DNA from: a virus
Strand: one strand, 5' to 3'
IMG/VR virus record: IMGVR_UViG_3300033978_000437
Length of the DNA stretch: 64,000 nucleotides
A model generated the notes under the pieces. It was not told the origin of the DNA, ran no database searches, and was given only the letters and a program-made list of their open reading frames with translations. The position numbers were made by a program, and so were the translations under genes. Of this stretch, positions 37,675 through 46,983 are shown piece after piece. Numbering within the stretch: position 1 is the stretch's first letter; every line of letters begins with the position of its first letter.

Positions 37675-39812
37675 ACTTCACCCTTCTTTATTTCAACCAG
37701 TTGATCAAAAACTTTACCGAGTTCTTGTACATGAGTAATGACAATCAATTGATGGTCTGCCCCTACCTTCTTTGCAAGTTGTTGTAATGCCTCTTGGAAG
37801 AAGCTTACATTATCTGCATCTAAGCCAGAGGTCGGCTCATCAAGAAACATCATCCCTATATTATGCCCAAAAACACGATCTAAAGCTGCACGAAAAGCGA
37901 TAGAAAGTAGAACTTTCTGCCCTCCGCTTAACTGTTTTGCCTTAACTGGCTCTTGTCCGGCAAAAAATACATTAAAGGTTAGGTCTGCATCTGCCTCCAC
38001 ATAGAACGGATCGTTAAACATTTGAAGGTTGGCATTGATGTCTCCAACCAACAATTGGAGGTTTGACTGTGACACGAGCTTGGGCAAGTTATTCCAATGG
38101 AATACATCTCCAGCGGAACTAACTGTGTCCAATAGCTTACGCACCTTTTCACGCTCTGCCATCTTAGCCGTAAGCTGTTCTAAGCTTTGCTTAGTACGAA
38201 GCCAAGACCTCTTAGCTTCTTGAAAAGCTCCTACAGATTTCTGCCAAACAGCAAGAGCTTCTTGATGCTGAGCTAACCTTATCTTTGCAGTCGAGACTTT
38301 ATCCACAGCGGGCATCTGCTTAATTTGTTTACTTAGTTTACTTTTTTGCTCTAACACATTTTTAAGCTCACCTTGAAAACCTGCTATGTGATGCTGTTCT
38401 TGTTTAACATCTTTCTCTAAGTAAAACTTTTGTTGCTCTATATCAAGATTTCGAGCGATCAAAGCCTTGGCTGTATCTATGTGCTCATCGTTTACCCCTG
38501 CTAGTTTCTTGGAAATTAACTCAACTTCTTTTTCTACTTCTTCTAATTCTGCTGCCGCATCCATACAAAGTTGTTGGCAAATTTTATATCCCGCTTGATA
38601 CTGCTCTAACTTCTTGTCATAGCTTTCGGAGTAAGTCAAAATACGAACAACTTCTGCAAGTCTGGTTACATTCTTTAGATACTCTACTTTTACCCGCTCA
38701 ACATATTCTTTTGTAACTTCTTGCTGGCATTGCGTACAAAGACGATTGTCCGAATGTATCAACAATGTAGTTACTTGTTTTATTTGAAACTCAAGCTCAT
38801 GCTTTTCTTTAGTCAGTTGTTTTTGAAGTTTTAAATCCACATAATCTTTATTAGGTTTAGGCTTACTTCGTTTCTTAAGCTCAGCCACTGCTACATGTTC
38901 ATCGTGGATGTCTTTTTTAGAGAAGAGGTTAAGTCGAGCTGTCTTATGCACTTCCACTAGGTCTAACAATTCTTGAGCTACTGCTAACTTGTTTTTAAAC
39001 TTAGCTTGCCAAGCTTCTCGCCTAGCCAGCTTATGCTTAGATTGGCTTTGCTGCAGCTCTTCTAAAGATAGTTCTAGCCTTTCAATTTTATGTTTTACTT
39101 CTTTTAACTGAGTTTGAGCTTCTTTACCTAACTCATACTGCGAAAGCAATAACTGCCGTGCTTCTAGCTCTTCTTCCGTTAAGATGTGTAGCTTGGCAGC
39201 TTTACCTACCTTACTGTGCTCCGTCATCGCTGTGCGAGTTTCAGTAATAGCGTCTTCTAGCTCCACGCTATTGTCCACTACCTCGATACTCTGCTGCCTT
39301 GCCACATAATCCATACATACCTTGTGAATGCTAGAAGCTGCTTCCGTGCCACACAAGTACTGAAAGGTCTTAGCTCTCTCGCTAGCTGTCTGATCCAAGA
39401 AGCTAAACATCTCCCACTGATTGACAAACACATACTTGTCAATCACTGCTTTACTGATGTCGAGGTAGTTAATAACTGCATCGTTTACATCCGTAGCCTT
39501 CTCAAACACAGATACACCGATCTTAAACTCGTTCTTGTTAGGTCGCAGCCACCTTGTCAAGGTAAACGATTGACCTTGGTGTTTCCCTATTACACGGATG
39601 TAACTTGGATCACTACTGCCATTTGTAATGATCTCGGCTTTAGTACCGCCAAGGCGCGTGAAGTCATTAGTCAACGCTGCATAAATTGCGTTAACTAATG
39701 TTGATTTACCCGCCCCATTGGCTCCTACAATACCCACCAAACCACGCCCAAACTTAACAGTTAAGCTTTGGTGCGGGCCTATGTTCTTTAGCTCTACTTG
39801 TTCAATATACAT
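37668..39812 (-). CDS. sbcC: SbcC/Rad50-like SMC ATPase
   Basis: GANGAGKS, coiled coils, CTQC zinc hook, LSGGQ, FLDEPT, ITH. Confidence 0.9.
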   Translation of the reverse strand: MYIEQVELKNIGPHQSLTVKFGRGLVGIVGANGAGKSTLVNAIYAALTNDFTRLGGTKAEIITNGSSDPSYIRVIGKHQGQSFTLTRWLRPNKNEFKIGVSVFEKATDVNDAVINYLDISKAVIDKYVFVNQWEMFSFLDQTASERAKTFQYLCGTEAASSIHKVCMDYVARQQSIEVVDNSVELEDAITETRTAMTEHSKVGKAAKLHILTEEELEARQLLLSQYELGKEAQTQLKEVKHKIERLELSLEELQQSQSKHKLARREAWQAKFKNKLAVAQELLDLVEVHKTARLNLFSKKDIHDEHVAVAELKKRSKPKPNKDYVDLKLQKQLTKEKHELEFQIKQVTTLLIHSDNRLCTQCQQEVTKEYVERVKVEYLKNVTRLAEVVRILTYSESYDKKLEQYQAGYKICQQLCMDAAAELEEVEKEVELISKKLAGVNDEHIDTAKALIARNLDIEQQKFYLEKDVKQEQHHIAGFQGELKNVLEQKSKLSKQIKQMPAVDKVSTAKIRLAQHQEALAVWQKSVGAFQEAKRSWLRTKQSLEQLTAKMAEREKVRKLLDTVSSAGDVFHWNNLPKLVSQSNLQLLVGDINANLQMFNDPFYVEADADLTFNVFFAGQEPVKAKQLSGGQKVLLSIAFRAALDRVFGHNIGMMFLDEPTSGLDADNVSFFQEALQQLAKKVGADHQLIVITHVQELGKVFDQLVEIKKGEVC

Positions 39813-39820
39813 GGTAACTC

Positions 39821-40942
39821 CTAAGCATGAGATTTAACCCACTGTTGTAATGCTTGTTCGGGGTCAGGGCTTTGTAAAAGTGTTAATACTAGATCATGGA
39901 CTAAAGGTTTCTCTGATTTGCTTATGCATGCGTCCACGCATTGCATCATGCCTATGCGATCTCCAGAGACAACTTGAACATCTTGTTCTTCGGACTCAAA
40001 TTGTTTATTTTCTTTTTGCTTGAAAAACAAATGAGCTTTTGATTCAAAGTGTTGTTTGAATCTACCTACCAACTCGATGTCATTAGAGGTGTGCAACAAA
40101 TGCAGCAAAGGCATTGCTATTTCTGCCGGTATTGCATTGTCTTCAGCATAGGCTGCAGCCTTAGTCAGTTCTGCTTCTGCCATTAGTTTCAACACTTCCC
40201 AAGAGCCTTTTGCTTTATCTACAGTTAAGCGAATACATCTACGAGAGTACAAAGGCAGAGCTTCTATTATAAGCTTCTCTGTCGATTTGTATTTTTTATC
40301 GTAATTCTTAATCAAAAATACTTTCTTGTTTTCTGGTTCTGCAATATTACGCATGTGCGTGCTACCAGGACTCAGCACAGTCAAATCCCCATGGTGATGA
40401 ATCAAATTCATGTGGTAATCACCGGTGATTAGATACTTCACATTCGGAGGAATGTCATTGAAACACCCTTGTGGTTTAGCCATGTCTCCCATAAAGTCTC
40501 GCCACACTTGATGGCAAACAAGTATAGAAGACTCCTTTGCTAAATCACTTTTAAGAAATTGTTTTAATTTCTCTTCATTGTTCTGGTAATCGCATCCGGC
40601 AATTTGCCAGCCATCAAAAGTTCTGTTGTGTTCATGCAGCCAAACGGCCTTAGTGGCTGCTTGTAACCAAGGGCTTTCTTGATACTCATGCTGCCCTTGG
40701 TTATAGTAGACTCCAATACCTGTATCCGTTAACTTACGAACACCGGCTAAAAGTTTATGGATGGGTTCCGAGACATTGACTTGCTTGTCAAGGATGTCCC
40801 CTGCAAGAATGACTGCCTCGACTCCATGATCGAGGGCTAGAGTTACAATCTGGTCCCACGCATAATAACTATCTCCCTCAATAGGGCGATGAGTCCAGAC
40901 TCGATTACTGAGATGAAGATCACTTGTTACTAAGATATTCAT
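39821..40942 (-). CDS. sbcD: SbcD/Mre11-like metallophosphoesterase nuclease
   Basis: TSDLHL, AGDILD, GQHE, GDYH, PGS; start MNILV at 40942 with AAGGAG RBS. Confidence 0.85.
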   Translation of the reverse strand: MNILVTSDLHLSNRVWTHRPIEGDSYYAWDQIVTLALDHGVEAVILAGDILDKQVNVSEPIHKLLAGVRKLTDTGIGVYYNQGQHEYQESPWLQAATKAVWLHEHNRTFDGWQIAGCDYQNNEEKLKQFLKSDLAKESSILVCHQVWRDFMGDMAKPQGCFNDIPPNVKYLITGDYHMNLIHHHGDLTVLSPGSTHMRNIAEPENKKVFLIKNYDKKYKSTEKLIIEALPLYSRRCIRLTVDKAKGSWEVLKLMAEAELTKAAAYAEDNAIPAEIAMPLLHLLHTSNDIELVGRFKQHFESKAHLFFKQKENKQFESEEQDVQVVSGDRIGMMQCVDACISKSEKPLVHDLVLTLLQSPDPEQALQQWVKSHA

Positions 40943-40981
40943 GAGATACTCCTTATGGTTAAAAATGTACAAATAGTTGCT

Positions 40982-41389
40982 ATGCCCATTTGTGAGCTGT
41001 GTGATCGTCTTACCATCGCACAACTAAAACTGCAACGATTGCCGTCGGATGAACTAGACAAAGGTTTACTGCGAAAACAAATCGCATACTATGAAACTGG
41101 GATTGATTATACCGATCCTAAAATCTGTGACTTGATAGCAGCTTTGCTTGATATCAATGGACAAATGTGGGATGCCGAACACGACATACGCAAAGGATTA
41201 GATGAAATACTAGGGCTCTCCGAAATAGGAAGACGAGCTGTTAAAATCCGGAATTTAAACTGCATTAGAATTGCCATCAAAAATAAGATTACTATGCTGG
41301 CCGGACAACCTGAGTTTAGCGATTGCAAAATGAATCATGTTAGTCAACGTTCTAACAACTCAGATACAACTGAATCGCCATCGTTGTAG
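40982..41389 (+). CDS. Conserved phage protein (DUF6165-like)
   Basis: ELCDRLTIAQLK..INGQMWDAEHDIR..AVKIRNLN..RIAIKNKI pattern. Confidence 0.5.
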   Translation: MPICELCDRLTIAQLKLQRLPSDELDKGLLRKQIAYYETGIDYTDPKICDLIAALLDINGQMWDAEHDIRKGLDEILGLSEIGRRAVKIRNLNCIRIAIKNKITMLAGQPEFSDCKMNHVSQRSNNSDTTESPSL

Positions 41390-41667
41390 AACAGTGCTAC
41401 AGTCTCATAAGTTTCAATCCATATTCTAGCACCATTCTTTAATGGCTTATTCATACTCTGCACAATGCGTGCAACCTCGTTACCTTTTTTATCGTAGATG
41501 ATCACTGAGTTGCCTCGCAAGCTACGTCCTCGCCTATGCACAGCAATCACAGGATCATCTTTCCCGCTTCTAATGTTGTTCCGCATGTCCGCTCGGGATA
41601 CATGCATCCGGCAGATGCTTGCTCTAGTCTTCTTCCCCTTGGAAGGTGTCGAAGTCAATTTCGTCAT
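41344..41667 (-). CDS. Conserved phage hypothetical protein
   Basis: MHVS..PVIAV..KPLKNGARIWIET, a family motif recalled from many phages. Confidence 0.65.
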   Translation of the reverse strand: MTKLTSTPSKGKKTRASICRMHVSRADMRNNIRSGKDDPVIAVHRRGRSLRGNSVIIYDKKGNEVARIVQSMNKPLKNGARIWIETYETVALFYNDGDSVVSELLER

Positions 41668-42169
41668 TGTCTGTTCCTCCTTGAATATGGCTTAGCTCTC
41701 CAAGAGCACCTTTAAGCCATTTGAAAAACTCTTTCCTTGTTTTCTTTGCCAACTCCATCCCTTTAGCTTCTCGCCTCTCGAAGTCGAGAAATGCTACAGA
41801 CAGCAATAGTGCAGCTGCCTTCACTGTTGTGATGCGGTGAAACACACACGCATCTGAATTCCATTCATCTTCCTCTTCGTAATTCCTTACGATGGCATCA
41901 TACTTCTCTCGGATGCGTCTCAAGGCTTGCCACGACATAAACATATCGGGCACAGCCAGCCGTGTAAACTGGTTTATGGACGCATCCGTTGCCAAAGGCT
42001 CTTGACCCATCTTCCTAATAAAAGGAGTGTCGGGTGCATTTAACCGAATCGCTTCCTCATTAGCCCAGTCAAACTGTTCCGCAGCCCACTGATATAATTC
42101 TGTCAGATTAAAGAATAAGTCTCGGGGGCTGCCGCTGTTCTTAGGGTATGGGGGTGAATTAATTTCCAT
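41624..42169 (-). CDS. Hypothetical protein
   Basis: 181-aa ORF. Confidence 0.6.
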   Translation of the reverse strand: MEINSPPYPKNSGSPRDLFFNLTELYQWAAEQFDWANEEAIRLNAPDTPFIRKMGQEPLATDASINQFTRLAVPDMFMSWQALRRIREKYDAIVRNYEEEDEWNSDACVFHRITTVKAAALLLSVAFLDFERREAKGMELAKKTRKEFFKWLKGALGELSHIQGGTDNDEIDFDTFQGEED

Positions 42170-42983
42170 CGATGTCTCCTCTTTGTTTGTATTTAGTAAT
42201 GCGTAGTAAATGAGCGTCAGATCTAGTCAACAATGAGTAAAAACTTTGCAGATTGTCAGAAGCAAACAAGGTTGCCCAAGGAAAACGCAAAACTGTCGCC
42301 ATTGCTCGAACAATGTTAGTGTTAGTTCCTCCTTCAAAAGTTGTAAAAGTTAAGCTAGGGTGTGCAGCAAGCCTAGTCAATTGTTTAGACAAATCACAAT
42401 CAGCGGGCACAATCTGAATGCCAACATGCCGTAGTTGTAAGCTACCTTTTTCTGGGTCGATATAAGGAGCACACAATTGAACAGTAGCCAAAGCAGAACA
42501 CCACTGATGTGGGCCATAGTCAGAACGAAAGAAAGGTAATTTTGTTAAATTCCAGTTTTTAGTTCGTTGCCAGGCCACGACCTTGCAAGGTTGTCGCACA
42601 TCTTTAGGGATGCACGACAACGTTACATAGATAGGATACAACCACCTACGCACAAAACACCATGGGCACACTTTTGGATTATTGCAAAACCGAGTAATAG
42701 GTTCGACATCAAACCCAACTGGGCAACAGTTTAAAGCGTAAGTGTAAGCAAGCCGCTTTGCCGGATCTTCTCGCATTACTCGATAGTATTGCCATCGAAG
42801 ATTTTTCTGCAGCAAATAAGTTCGAATTGCATCTGAGCTGTGCGTAGTAGGCAGTGTCTGCAAAACACAATGGCGTAAAAGTGCCAAAGCCGTATGCTCG
42901 GGTTTAGGTTTCAGCTTGTGCTTGACCACACCTTTAATGAACTTAACCTCTGTCTCTGTCTCAACGATTTCTATGTTGTCCAT
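42159..42983 (-). CDS. Hypothetical protein with Cys cluster
   Basis: NCC..FCNNPKVCPWC. Confidence 0.65.
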   Translation of the reverse strand: MDNIEIVETETEVKFIKGVVKHKLKPKPEHTALALLRHCVLQTLPTTHSSDAIRTYLLQKNLRWQYYRVMREDPAKRLAYTYALNCCPVGFDVEPITRFCNNPKVCPWCFVRRWLYPIYVTLSCIPKDVRQPCKVVAWQRTKNWNLTKLPFFRSDYGPHQWCSALATVQLCAPYIDPEKGSLQLRHVGIQIVPADCDLSKQLTRLAAHPSLTFTTFEGGTNTNIVRAMATVLRFPWATLFASDNLQSFYSLLTRSDAHLLRITKYKQRGDIDGN

Positions 42984-42992
42984 AACTCTCTC

Positions 42993-43334
42993 TCACCAAG
43001 TGAACTGGGTACCTAGGTAAGGCTTACGAACTTGAACTGCGGTTACTTGATTTTGTTGCCTCTGAAACTTTAACACTTTGCTGACTTCAACTATACTTCG
43101 CCATAAGAAAGCTATTTCCTTTTGTTGAAGCACTTGTGAAGTTCCAAAAGTTATTGCAAAGAAGTCAGGAACAAACAGCGTATAACCAATAGGAAATTTG
43201 TTATCAGTTAAGTGTTTACAAAACTGCTTTAACTCCTTATCCCAGTTACGAAGTATGTCCGTAATCTTAGCGTGGTACCCTAGCCTATTGTTTACAGCCT
43301 TATCATCTTGTAGTAAGGCAATGTAATTATTCAT
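42993..43334 (-). CDS. Hypothetical protein
   Basis: ATGA-coupled ORF. Confidence 0.6.
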   Translation of the reverse strand: MNNYIALLQDDKAVNNRLGYHAKITDILRNWDKELKQFCKHLTDNKFPIGYTLFVPDFFAITFGTSQVLQQKEIAFLWRSIVEVSKVLKFQRQQNQVTAVQVRKPYLGTQFTW

Positions 43335-43639
43335 TTTTTATTTCTTTCTCTTTCTAGATTTTGATTGCTGCAGAAGTGCCATGACCAATGAAACCCCTGT
43401 TCAATGTGGCACCCATGCGTTTCAGCTATCTTGTCTAGTTTAGCCCATTCCTTCTTTCCAATACCGCTATTCAGTAAGTGATACAGTGTTCCTTCCGCAA
43501 CAAAGACCACTTCTCCAAATGCCATTTCTCCTTCTTTTTCTTTCCATTGTTCAGCTGTGTAAGTTTTTGTGTCGATGTACTTTGACACAAACTTATCCAC
43601 AGCTTTAAACAGTTTTTCTTTAGTTTTAGTTTTAAGCAT
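43331..43639 (-). CDS. Hypothetical protein
   Basis: AAGGA RBS, 102 aa. Confidence 0.65.
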   Translation of the reverse strand: MLKTKTKEKLFKAVDKFVSKYIDTKTYTAEQWKEKEGEMAFGEVVFVAEGTLYHLLNSGIGKKEWAKLDKIAETHGCHIEQGFHWSWHFCSNQNLERERNKK

Positions 43640-43650
43640 TGTTGTTATCC

Positions 43651-43881
43651 TTAGATAGATTGTAGATAAATGCCTCTGTTCGTCTTTAACCGGTCTTTGG
43701 CTTCAACCTTAGCAGCAGCTACCGAGCTGCAGTTAAATTGATAGCCATTGATAATCAAGGTAACTTCCGCCTTGTCATCACTTTCTAAAATAGTTGAAAC
43801 TGTACCATTGGGGTAACAGCGTCTGTAAACAGCATGCTTAACCCCATTGGTCTTTCCTCGTTCCACTTGCCATCTTTTCAT
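43651..43881 (-). CDS. Hypothetical protein
   Basis: AGGAG RBS, 76 aa. Confidence 0.55.
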   Translation of the reverse strand: MKRWQVERGKTNGVKHAVYRRCYPNGTVSTILESDDKAEVTLIINGYQFNCSSVAAAKVEAKDRLKTNRGIYLQSI

Positions 43882-43890
43882 TCATTTCTC

Positions 43891-44088
43891 CTATGCATCT
43901 ACTTCATACCCTTCAAACCAATTTCCAAGCTTTGCCGTCCTAGCTTTCGCAAGCGGTAGGACAGCCGTCTTAGAACTTGTCTCAGGGTCGGAACAATGCT
44001 TCTGGGCTTGCTCAAGGGTTAAACCTCGATGAAGCGTCCTTGGTCTTCCTTTAAAGTAAAACCTTATAATTTTGTATCGTAGTTCCAT
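43891..44088 (-). CDS. Conserved small phage protein
   Basis: YKIIRFY..RGLTLEQAQKHCSDPETSSKT..WFEGY. Confidence 0.7.
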   Translation of the reverse strand: MELRYKIIRFYFKGRPRTLHRGLTLEQAQKHCSDPETSSKTAVLPLAKARTAKLGNWFEGYEVDA

Positions 44089-44125
44089 AGGTTAACTTTC
44101 TTTAAAATAAGGGTGTAAGTTACAA

Positions 44126-44153
44126 CACAAGTTCACAAACTTGTGACTTTGTG
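44126..44153. promoter_or_regulatory. Nested inverted-repeat operator, copy 1
   Basis: CACAAGTTCACAA-AC-TTGTGACTTTGTG, intergenic. Confidence 0.5.
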
Positions 44154-44181
44154 GTATTCTAATGTAATGATAGAAGAAAAG

Positions 44182-44394
44182 CTAAGAACGGCTATCGCTA
44201 CTCTCCTCCACTTCTACATCACAATCTAACCCATACGCGCTCGAGATGGGGCCATCGTCTTCTTTTCCATTTACATACACATCCACCGCCACTCCTTCAT
44301 CAGTTTTGCGGATTCGCACTGCAAATCCCTTTACAGTAATCCAAGCACCATCATCCAGTAAAATGTAATCAGGACCTTCGCCATCAATTTCCAT
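44182..44394 (-). CDS. Hypothetical protein
   Basis: AAGGAG RBS, 70 aa. Confidence 0.65.
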   Translation of the reverse strand: MEIDGEGPDYILLDDGAWITVKGFAVRIRKTDEGVAVDVYVNGKEDDGPISSAYGLDCDVEVEESSDSRS

Positions 44395-44426
44395 TGGTTG
44401 TTCTCCTTGTTAAGTTTAAAGCTAAA

Positions 44427-44490
44427 GCCAGTGCCGGATCTCAAGGGGCGACACACATCGAAAAAGAGTCGCCTTCTTCTTAGCACTGGC
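44427..44490. other. Structured intergenic element (nested stems)
   Basis: GCCAGTGC/GCACTGGC outer stem and GGCGAC/GTCGCC inner stem. Confidence 0.4.
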
Positions 44491-44491
44491 C

Positions 44492-44782
44492 TTAGTCTGC
44501 CTTTGATACTAAAAGCTCACTGTTGTGAACTTGATCTGAGATTTGGGCTGCGGGTAATCCCGTAGCTTCTGAAATTAAATTGATTATCTTCTGCTCAATA
44601 ATGTTATCTAACTTATTCCTATGATTCATTACTATATCTATTATTAGCTTGAGCATTGGTACCGCTTGTATCTTTATTGCTTGGTTCTCCCAAGTACCTT
44701 CTTCTTTATTACTCCAAGCCGTAATAAAAGCCATAAATTTTTTATGGTTTTTACTTATTTCATTTAATTCATTTTGATTCAT
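44492..44782 (-). CDS. Hypothetical protein
   Basis: AAGGA RBS, 96 aa. Confidence 0.55.
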   Translation of the reverse strand: MNQNELNEISKNHKKFMAFITAWSNKEEGTWENQAIKIQAVPMLKLIIDIVMNHRNKLDNIIEQKIINLISEATGLPAAQISDQVHNSELLVSKAD

Positions 44783-44850
44783 TACATTCCTTTCGTTAGA
44801 AAGAAAGACAACTAGTTATGGTTGTCTTTCTCTATACTGTAGTAGAATAA

Positions 44851-44878
44851 CACAAGCTCACAACTTTGTGAGTTTGTG
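44851..44878. promoter_or_regulatory. Nested inverted-repeat operator, copy 2
   Basis: CACAAGCTCACAA-CT-TTGTGAGTTTGTG, 24/28 identical to copy 1. Confidence 0.5.
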
Positions 44879-44921
44879 TTGTGATTTATGATACGTATTG
44901 TAGGACGATTTATTGCGATGT

Positions 44922-45284
44922 CTACATTTTTGAAATTGTTTTTTCGACTAATTTAAGAATTTGATGAAGCAGCTTTATACCTACTTGAATATCGGAGTTA
45001 GGTTGAGTTTGAACTTTCTTACTAACTACTGCTAACTTAGGTATACTTGCTTTCATTCTCCATGCAGGTCTAGTTTTACCCGCTCTAATTGTAGACATAT
45101 GCCTTTCAATCAACCCCGCTTGAACTAGCTGGCTTCGGTATATCAATACCGTTGCCTTGGTTAGCCCTGTTGCTTTGACAATGTCTATGTCGCAAACACC
45201 GGCATTTCTGGCTGTTTGTTGTGCGATATACAAACAAATCTTTTGTTTGCCTTTGTTGAAACCTTTCGTGTAATCTTTACGCAT
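44922..45284 (-). CDS. Winged-helix DNA-binding protein
   Basis: IDIVKATGLTKATVLIYRSQLVQAGLIER. Confidence 0.65.
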   Translation of the reverse strand: MRKDYTKGFNKGKQKICLYIAQQTARNAGVCDIDIVKATGLTKATVLIYRSQLVQAGLIERHMSTIRAGKTRPAWRMKASIPKLAVVSKKVQTQPNSDIQVGIKLLHQILKLVEKTISKM

Positions 45285-45298
45285 AAAGCGTTCCTTTC

Positions 45299-45613
45299 TT
45301 ATTTTTTGTTAAGACAGTGAGGTATTTGCATTTCATTTAATAGTTTGGTACAGCGTGCTATAGTAACTTCTCCCAGGTTTTGAATGCTTTCTAAATCTTC
45401 AACAGTTAATTTAGCTAAATCTCCTATAGTTAATAACCCATAGTTTTCTAGCGTGTTAGCTACACGGACGGGCAGCCCAACATCTGACAACGATATAGTC
45501 TGACATTGTTCAATTCTGTCTTTTTCTTTTTCGTCGTCAGACATGAACTGCACCCAGAGTTGATCTGGAGGTTTTCTTCGTTTACGTTTGACTGGTCCGC
45601 CATGTAGTTCCAT
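45299..45613 (-). CDS. Standalone RNA polymerase alpha C-terminal-domain homolog
   Basis: LSDVGLPVRVANTLENYGLLTIGDL..LESIQNLGEVT matches the alpha-CTD pattern. Confidence 0.8.
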   Translation of the reverse strand: MELHGGPVKRKRRKPPDQLWVQFMSDDEKEKDRIEQCQTISLSDVGLPVRVANTLENYGLLTIGDLAKLTVEDLESIQNLGEVTIARCTKLLNEMQIPHCLNKK

Positions 45614-45639
45614 TTAGCACCTATGAGTTAAAAAACATT

Positions 45640-45676
45640 TAGCCACAAGCTTAGCAATGAACTAAGCTTGTGGCTA
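45640..45676. terminator. Perfect 15-bp inverted repeat (terminator or operator)
   Basis: TAGCCACAAGCTTAG-N7-CTAAGCTTGTGGCTA, intergenic. Confidence 0.55.
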
Positions 45677-45704
45677 TCTTTTGTACCTAAATTATGTAAT
45701 TTAT

Positions 45705-46109
45705 TTAAGTTAAACCATCTACGATTTGTTCTCGTAGTGTTTCTTCTACAGTTTCTGCCAGCTCTTCAATACCTTCGGCTTCCATCATTGCTTTAACGAT
45801 ATCATCTACTAACTCTGGCTGTGCTTCGTCATCGTTGTATCTAGGATCTTCAAAGAACGATTCCATCACTTTTTGGTTTCGAGCGTAAATGCTTTCTGCC
45901 ACTGGTGCATTTATTTGATCCATAGTTGCTTCAATAGTATCAAAGGTGCTACTCCAATCCATCTTGTCATCTATAAAATTACATAACCATTCCCAGTCTT
46001 TATCATCTTCTTTGTCAAATAGATCTGCTTCCCAATGTGCAAAGATGATGTTTTTAACACCTCGTTTCTTTACTTCCATTAGCGATTTAATTGCATCATC
46101 GATTTTCAT
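45705..46109 (-). CDS. Hypothetical acidic protein
   Basis: AAGGAG RBS, 134 aa. Confidence 0.65.
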   Translation of the reverse strand: MKIDDAIKSLMEVKKRGVKNIIFAHWEADLFDKEDDKDWEWLCNFIDDKMDWSSTFDTIEATMDQINAPVAESIYARNQKVMESFFEDPRYNDDEAQPELVDDIVKAMMEAEGIEELAETVEETLREQIVDGLT

Positions 46110-46500
46110 TTAGTTCTCCTTTAAGTTGTTTATGTTTAGCGCAAGTTTTGCATACCTTGGCCGAGTCGGAAAAAGTGCAAAACTTGCACATTATTTTGTT
46201 ACACAGTTCGCAACGTTGTTTAGGCATGTGCTTATATAAGGTGAGCTCATCTAGTTTAGAAAATCGGATAAGACATGCATCGCAATATTCTCCTTCTAGT
46301 CTAGGGAAAAGCAGTCTAATAGTGTTTTCCCTATCAAGAACAAAAGAAGCTCCATTAATAGTAATGGAGCAAACTGTACTAAAATTGCGAAAACCCGGAG
46401 ATCCGTTAATCTCCATTGCGAGATGGATAGCACCATCACTTTCCATGACAAGAAGATTGACCCCATTACTTAATGTCATTTTGTGAATACCTTTTGTCAT
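46096..46500 (-). CDS. Hypothetical protein with C-terminal Zn-finger-like Cys pairs
   Basis: CDAC, CELC, CKFC, CKTC. Confidence 0.65.
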   Translation of the reverse strand: MTKGIHKMTLSNGVNLLVMESDGAIHLAMEINGSPGFRNFSTVCSITINGASFVLDRENTIRLLFPRLEGEYCDACLIRFSKLDELTLYKHMPKQRCELCNKIMCKFCTFSDSAKVCKTCAKHKQLKGELNENR

Positions 46501-46562
46501 AATTGACTCCAGTATTTAGTAAACCTCCTTGTAGTAGCTAAATTTTTAAAGTTAAAGTTTAG

Positions 46563-46778
46563 TTACACACTGGCTAACAAATTAGCTACTTCTCTTGGTG
46601 TTTCCTTTACCCAGAGAAGTCCATTAGGATAAGTAGGGCCCGACACTTCGATGCAAGTAATTGCGGTGGAGTACTTTGACTTTTCTTCCCAGAACGCTTT
46701 TACAAACGCAGGGTTGACCCAGAATTCTTGACTACCACCACCGCCGGACCCTAGATTAAAGAATTGAACTGCTTTCAC
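46563..46778 (-). CDS. Hypothetical protein
   Basis: 71 aa, GTG start with AAGGAG RBS. Confidence 0.6.
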   Translation of the reverse strand: MKAVQFFNLGSGGGGSQEFWVNPAFVKAFWEEKSKYSTAITCIEVSGPTYPNGLLWVKETPREVANLLASV

Positions 46779-46780
46779 AA

Positions 46781-46978
46781 TTATACTCCTTCAATTTTTT
46801 CTTTTTCTTTAAAATCTTTTTTAGCTTGTTCAACTACTACGCTACGAATGTAGTCTCCCCAACGCATGCCTTTGTTGGCAGCAGCAAAAGCTATGAGGGC
46901 AAAATGCTCTCGAGGAAACAAAACTTTTACTTGTCTATCCGAAGTTGTAGTTATTTTGTCTGCTTTAATCTTTTTCAT
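46781..46978 (-). CDS. Ribbon-helix-helix-like DNA-binding protein, paralog B
   Basis: VKVLFP..ALIAFAAANKGMRWGDYIRSVVVEQAKKDF. Confidence 0.6.
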   Translation of the reverse strand: MKKIKADKITTTSDRQVKVLFPREHFALIAFAAANKGMRWGDYIRSVVVEQAKKDFKEKEKIEGV

Positions 46979-46983
46979 GTTAC

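Noticed and set aside
44427-44490. tRNA
   Set aside because: No cloverleaf, T-loop (TTCG) or anticodon arm geometry
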